DNA of 63,710 nt, counting the filler, from Pseudomonadota bacterium (GTDB lineage: Bacteria; Bdellovibrionota_F; JAHFAK01; JBDREC01): NCBI GenBank assembly GCA_043820105.1. It is 8 parts of 7 records of this genome, joined end to end, with 100 filler letters (N's around TTAATTAATTAA, not from the genome) between each part and the next. Parts side by side here need not be neighbours in the genome. Positions count along the whole stretch, not along the records: positions 61,659 to 63,710 come from JBDREC010000066.1; 7 more parts are not named here. One strand, given 5' to 3'. Both the position numbers and the translations under genes were made by a program. The notes under the pieces are model-generated. The model was not told the DNA's origin and ran no database searches. It was given only the letters and a program-made list of their open reading frames with translations. Positions within the stretch are counted from its first letter, which is position 1; each line of letters starts with the position of its first letter. Below, in pieces: positions 61,686-63,710 of the stretch.

Positions 61686-61786
61686 TGACAAATTTTGTCA
61701 GGCCGCGTGACAAAAATTGTCACCTTTTTTTTAAGGGGTTGTAATTATTGGAATAAATTTGGCGGACAGGGTGACAATTTTTGTCA
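61686..61786. promoter_or_regulatory. Second triple TGACA-N5-TGTCA enhancer array
   Basis: Palindromes at 61686, 61708, 61772 (offsets 22 and 64 bp); flanks resemble 150-280. Confidence 0.72.
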
Positions 61787-61859
61787 ATCGTCTCGGAACT
61801 AATGTTTTATTGGAGTTCCGTTATTGGCTGAGCCGATACGTCGGTGAGCGCAACTTTAG

Positions 61860-61903
61860 GATAGCAAAATAAGGCTTGATTTTGCTATCGGAATGAGTAT
61901 AAT
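61860..61903 (+). promoter_or_regulatory. sigma70-type promoter overlapped by an inverted repeat
   Basis: TTGATT-N16-TATAAT; gatagcaaaat..attttgctatc spans the -35. Confidence 0.55.
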
Positions 61904-61965
61904 TAAAAATATGTTTATTTTAACACTTAAAAGATATTTTTATATTTTTCTAAAAAGGAGTTGTT

Positions 61966-63159
61966 TTGTATATTAAGAGAAAATATTGGATAGAGTCCCT
62001 TGAGAAAATATCTAAATCCTTTCGATTAATTTGTATATCAGGTCCAAGACAGATAGGAAAATCAACTTTTTTAAGGGATTGTGGAAATTATTTTTCATTT
62101 GATGATCCAAATCTTAGAAATGCAATAAAAGAAGATCCGGTTTTTTGGTTAAAAAACGAATTTAAAAAAGATAAAAGAATTATTTTGGATGAAGCTACAA
62201 GAGTGCCTGAAATATTTGAAGCCATGAAAATTGTGGCTGATGAGAATCCTAAAATAAATGGCAAAATCTGGTTTGCCTCTTCATCAAATTATTTATTATC
62301 TAAAAGAATAAAAGAAAGCCTGGCTGGAAGGGTATTTAATTTTAAATGCAGTCAATTTTTGCTTTCTGAGATTTCAGGATGTGAAAATCCATCTTTTATA
62401 AAATGGTTAAAAAATGAGGAAATCTCTGAAAATTTTTTTGATAAAGATCGAATAATTGAATCAAGTTTAAAATATAGTTTATTTCCAGATCCTTATATTT
62501 CAAAAGATGAAGATTTTTCAAAAATGTGGTTAAACCAGTATTTAGCGACCTATGTATTGCAGGACATTGTTGAAGGATTTTCAAAAATTGATATTTCAAA
62601 ATGGCAGGAATTTATGCATACTTTCGTATCTTATCCTGCAAGCATTATGCCTTTAAATAGTTTATCCAATATTTTAGGAATACATCATAATACTGTCGCG
62701 GAATATATTAAAATAGCAAATGCCTCATTACTTACAATCAATCTTCCAGTTTATTCAAAATCTGCAATTAAAAGATTAACAAAAGGGCCTAAATATATAA
62801 TCACAGATTCAACTTTGTGTAAAAGTTTGAATAATGAAACAGAAAAAGGCTTGCTTTTTGAAAATCTCATAATAAGCCAAATCATTAATTTGTTGAATGC
62901 AAGGCTAATTTCTCATAAAGCCTATCATTATAGAACCGCGGATCACGCAGAGGTTGATCTTGTATTGGAAACAGACTTTGGAATATTTCCAATAGAAATA
63001 AAATCAGCAAAAAATATCACCAACAAAATGAGCTCTGGCATTAAATCATTTTTTGAGGCTCATCCTAAGGTAAAAAGAGGAGCAATATTTTATAATGGTT
63101 CAAAGGTTTCAAAGATAAGTAATATTGACATTTTACCGGTGTCTATGCTTTTTATGTGA
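61966..63159 (+). CDS. AAA_14 / DUF4143 ATPase
   Basis: GPRQIGKS, ILDEA, ESLAGR, LFEN, EVDLV..IEIK. Confidence 0.88.
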   Translation: MYIKRKYWIESLEKISKSFRLICISGPRQIGKSTFLRDCGNYFSFDDPNLRNAIKEDPVFWLKNEFKKDKRIILDEATRVPEIFEAMKIVADENPKINGKIWFASSSNYLLSKRIKESLAGRVFNFKCSQFLLSEISGCENPSFIKWLKNEEISENFFDKDRIIESSLKYSLFPDPYISKDEDFSKMWLNQYLATYVLQDIVEGFSKIDISKWQEFMHTFVSYPASIMPLNSLSNILGIHHNTVAEYIKIANASLLTINLPVYSKSAIKRLTKGPKYIITDSTLCKSLNNETEKGLLFENLIISQIINLLNARLISHKAYHYRTADHAEVDLVLETDFGIFPIEIKSAKNITNKMSSGIKSFFEAHPKVKRGAIFYNGSKVSKISNIDILPVSMLFM

Positions 63160-63194
63160 TTGTTTTTAGAAGAAGTGAAGGTTGAGTTGGTGAT

Positions 63195-63695
63195 TTAGTC
63201 TTCAGCGTCAGTTATCATTGGTTCATTAATGTAGGCATCGGCTGTGCCTGTTTTATCTCTATAAAAGTTTTGAACATATATCCCCAAAGTTCCATCATCA
63301 TCCAAATCTTGAATTACTCCAATGACGCCATGTTCGGTTACACCATCGCCTGTTTGAACAACTACACCTGAATATATATCTTGATCTGGAACAAAGCCTA
63401 TTATTTTATATCCATTTGTATCATTTGCAAAAGCGGCTTGGGATCCTGATATCTTGTTTCCATCATAATTGGCTGGATTATTGGCAGCAGGTTTCCAGTC
63501 ACAAAGATGAAATCTTGCATTATCAATATTGTAATCAGCTTCAGCTGCGAATACACCATTGATTAATGAATTAACTTCAGATTTTTTTGATTTTTTAATG
63601 TAAGCCATAAAAGATGGAATAGCAATTGCTGCTAAAATACCGATGATTGCAACAACAATCATGAGTTCGACCAGTGTAAAGCCTTTTTTCTTCAT
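63195..63695 (-). CDS. pilA: Type IVa pilin
   Basis: [29 protein letters not shown] class III signal; aaggag RBS. Confidence 0.9.
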   Translation of the reverse strand: MKKKGFTLVELMIVVAIIGILAAIAIPSFMAYIKKSKKSEVNSLINGVFAAEADYNIDNARFHLCDWKPAANNPANYDGNKISGSQAAFANDTNGYKIIGFVPDQDIYSGVVVQTGDGVTEHGVIGVIQDLDDDGTLGIYVQNFYRDKTGTADAYINEPMITDAED

Positions 63696-63710
63696 AGTGT
63701 TCTCCTTTGA

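Overview
Low-GC bacterial sequence made of eight assembled segments joined by seven artificial 100-nt linkers (N44-TTAATTAATTAA-N44), so adjacency across linkers is unproven. Gene content (type IVa pilin with a Deltaproteobacteria-style N-terminus, several sigma54 promoters, a Ser/Thr kinase-AAA-TPR fusion, an MshEN protein) suggests a Deltaproteobacteria/Bdellovibrionota-like genome bin (inference). Housekeeping genes: recN, lolC/E-lolD, tex, rhlE, tRNA-Ala(GGC), rplS-rnhB-yraN, amidase, uup, a GlpT-like MFS. Accessory content: a seven-gene glycosyltransferase block, TA pairs (DUF4160/DUF2442, AbiEii-like), Fic, two AAA_14/DUF4143 ATPases, WYL, an IS110/IS1111 element and pseudogenes. Three things stand out. 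(1) A repeated non-coding module (triple TGACA-N5-TGTCA enhancer, sigma54 promoter, purine-rich leader, swappable heptamer-repeat hairpin) punctuates a string of TA/Fic/ATPase genes, and its enhancer recurs near the pilin gene. (2) A 5.5-kb segment has a 119-bp terminal direct repeat and carries an IS91-type transposase tail plus a candidate oriIS, consistent with an ISCR-like rolling-circle unit. (3) There is an orphan CxxG-repeat RiPP-like precursor. No CRISPR array or rRNA was seen. All family calls are by eye from motifs; no searches were run.
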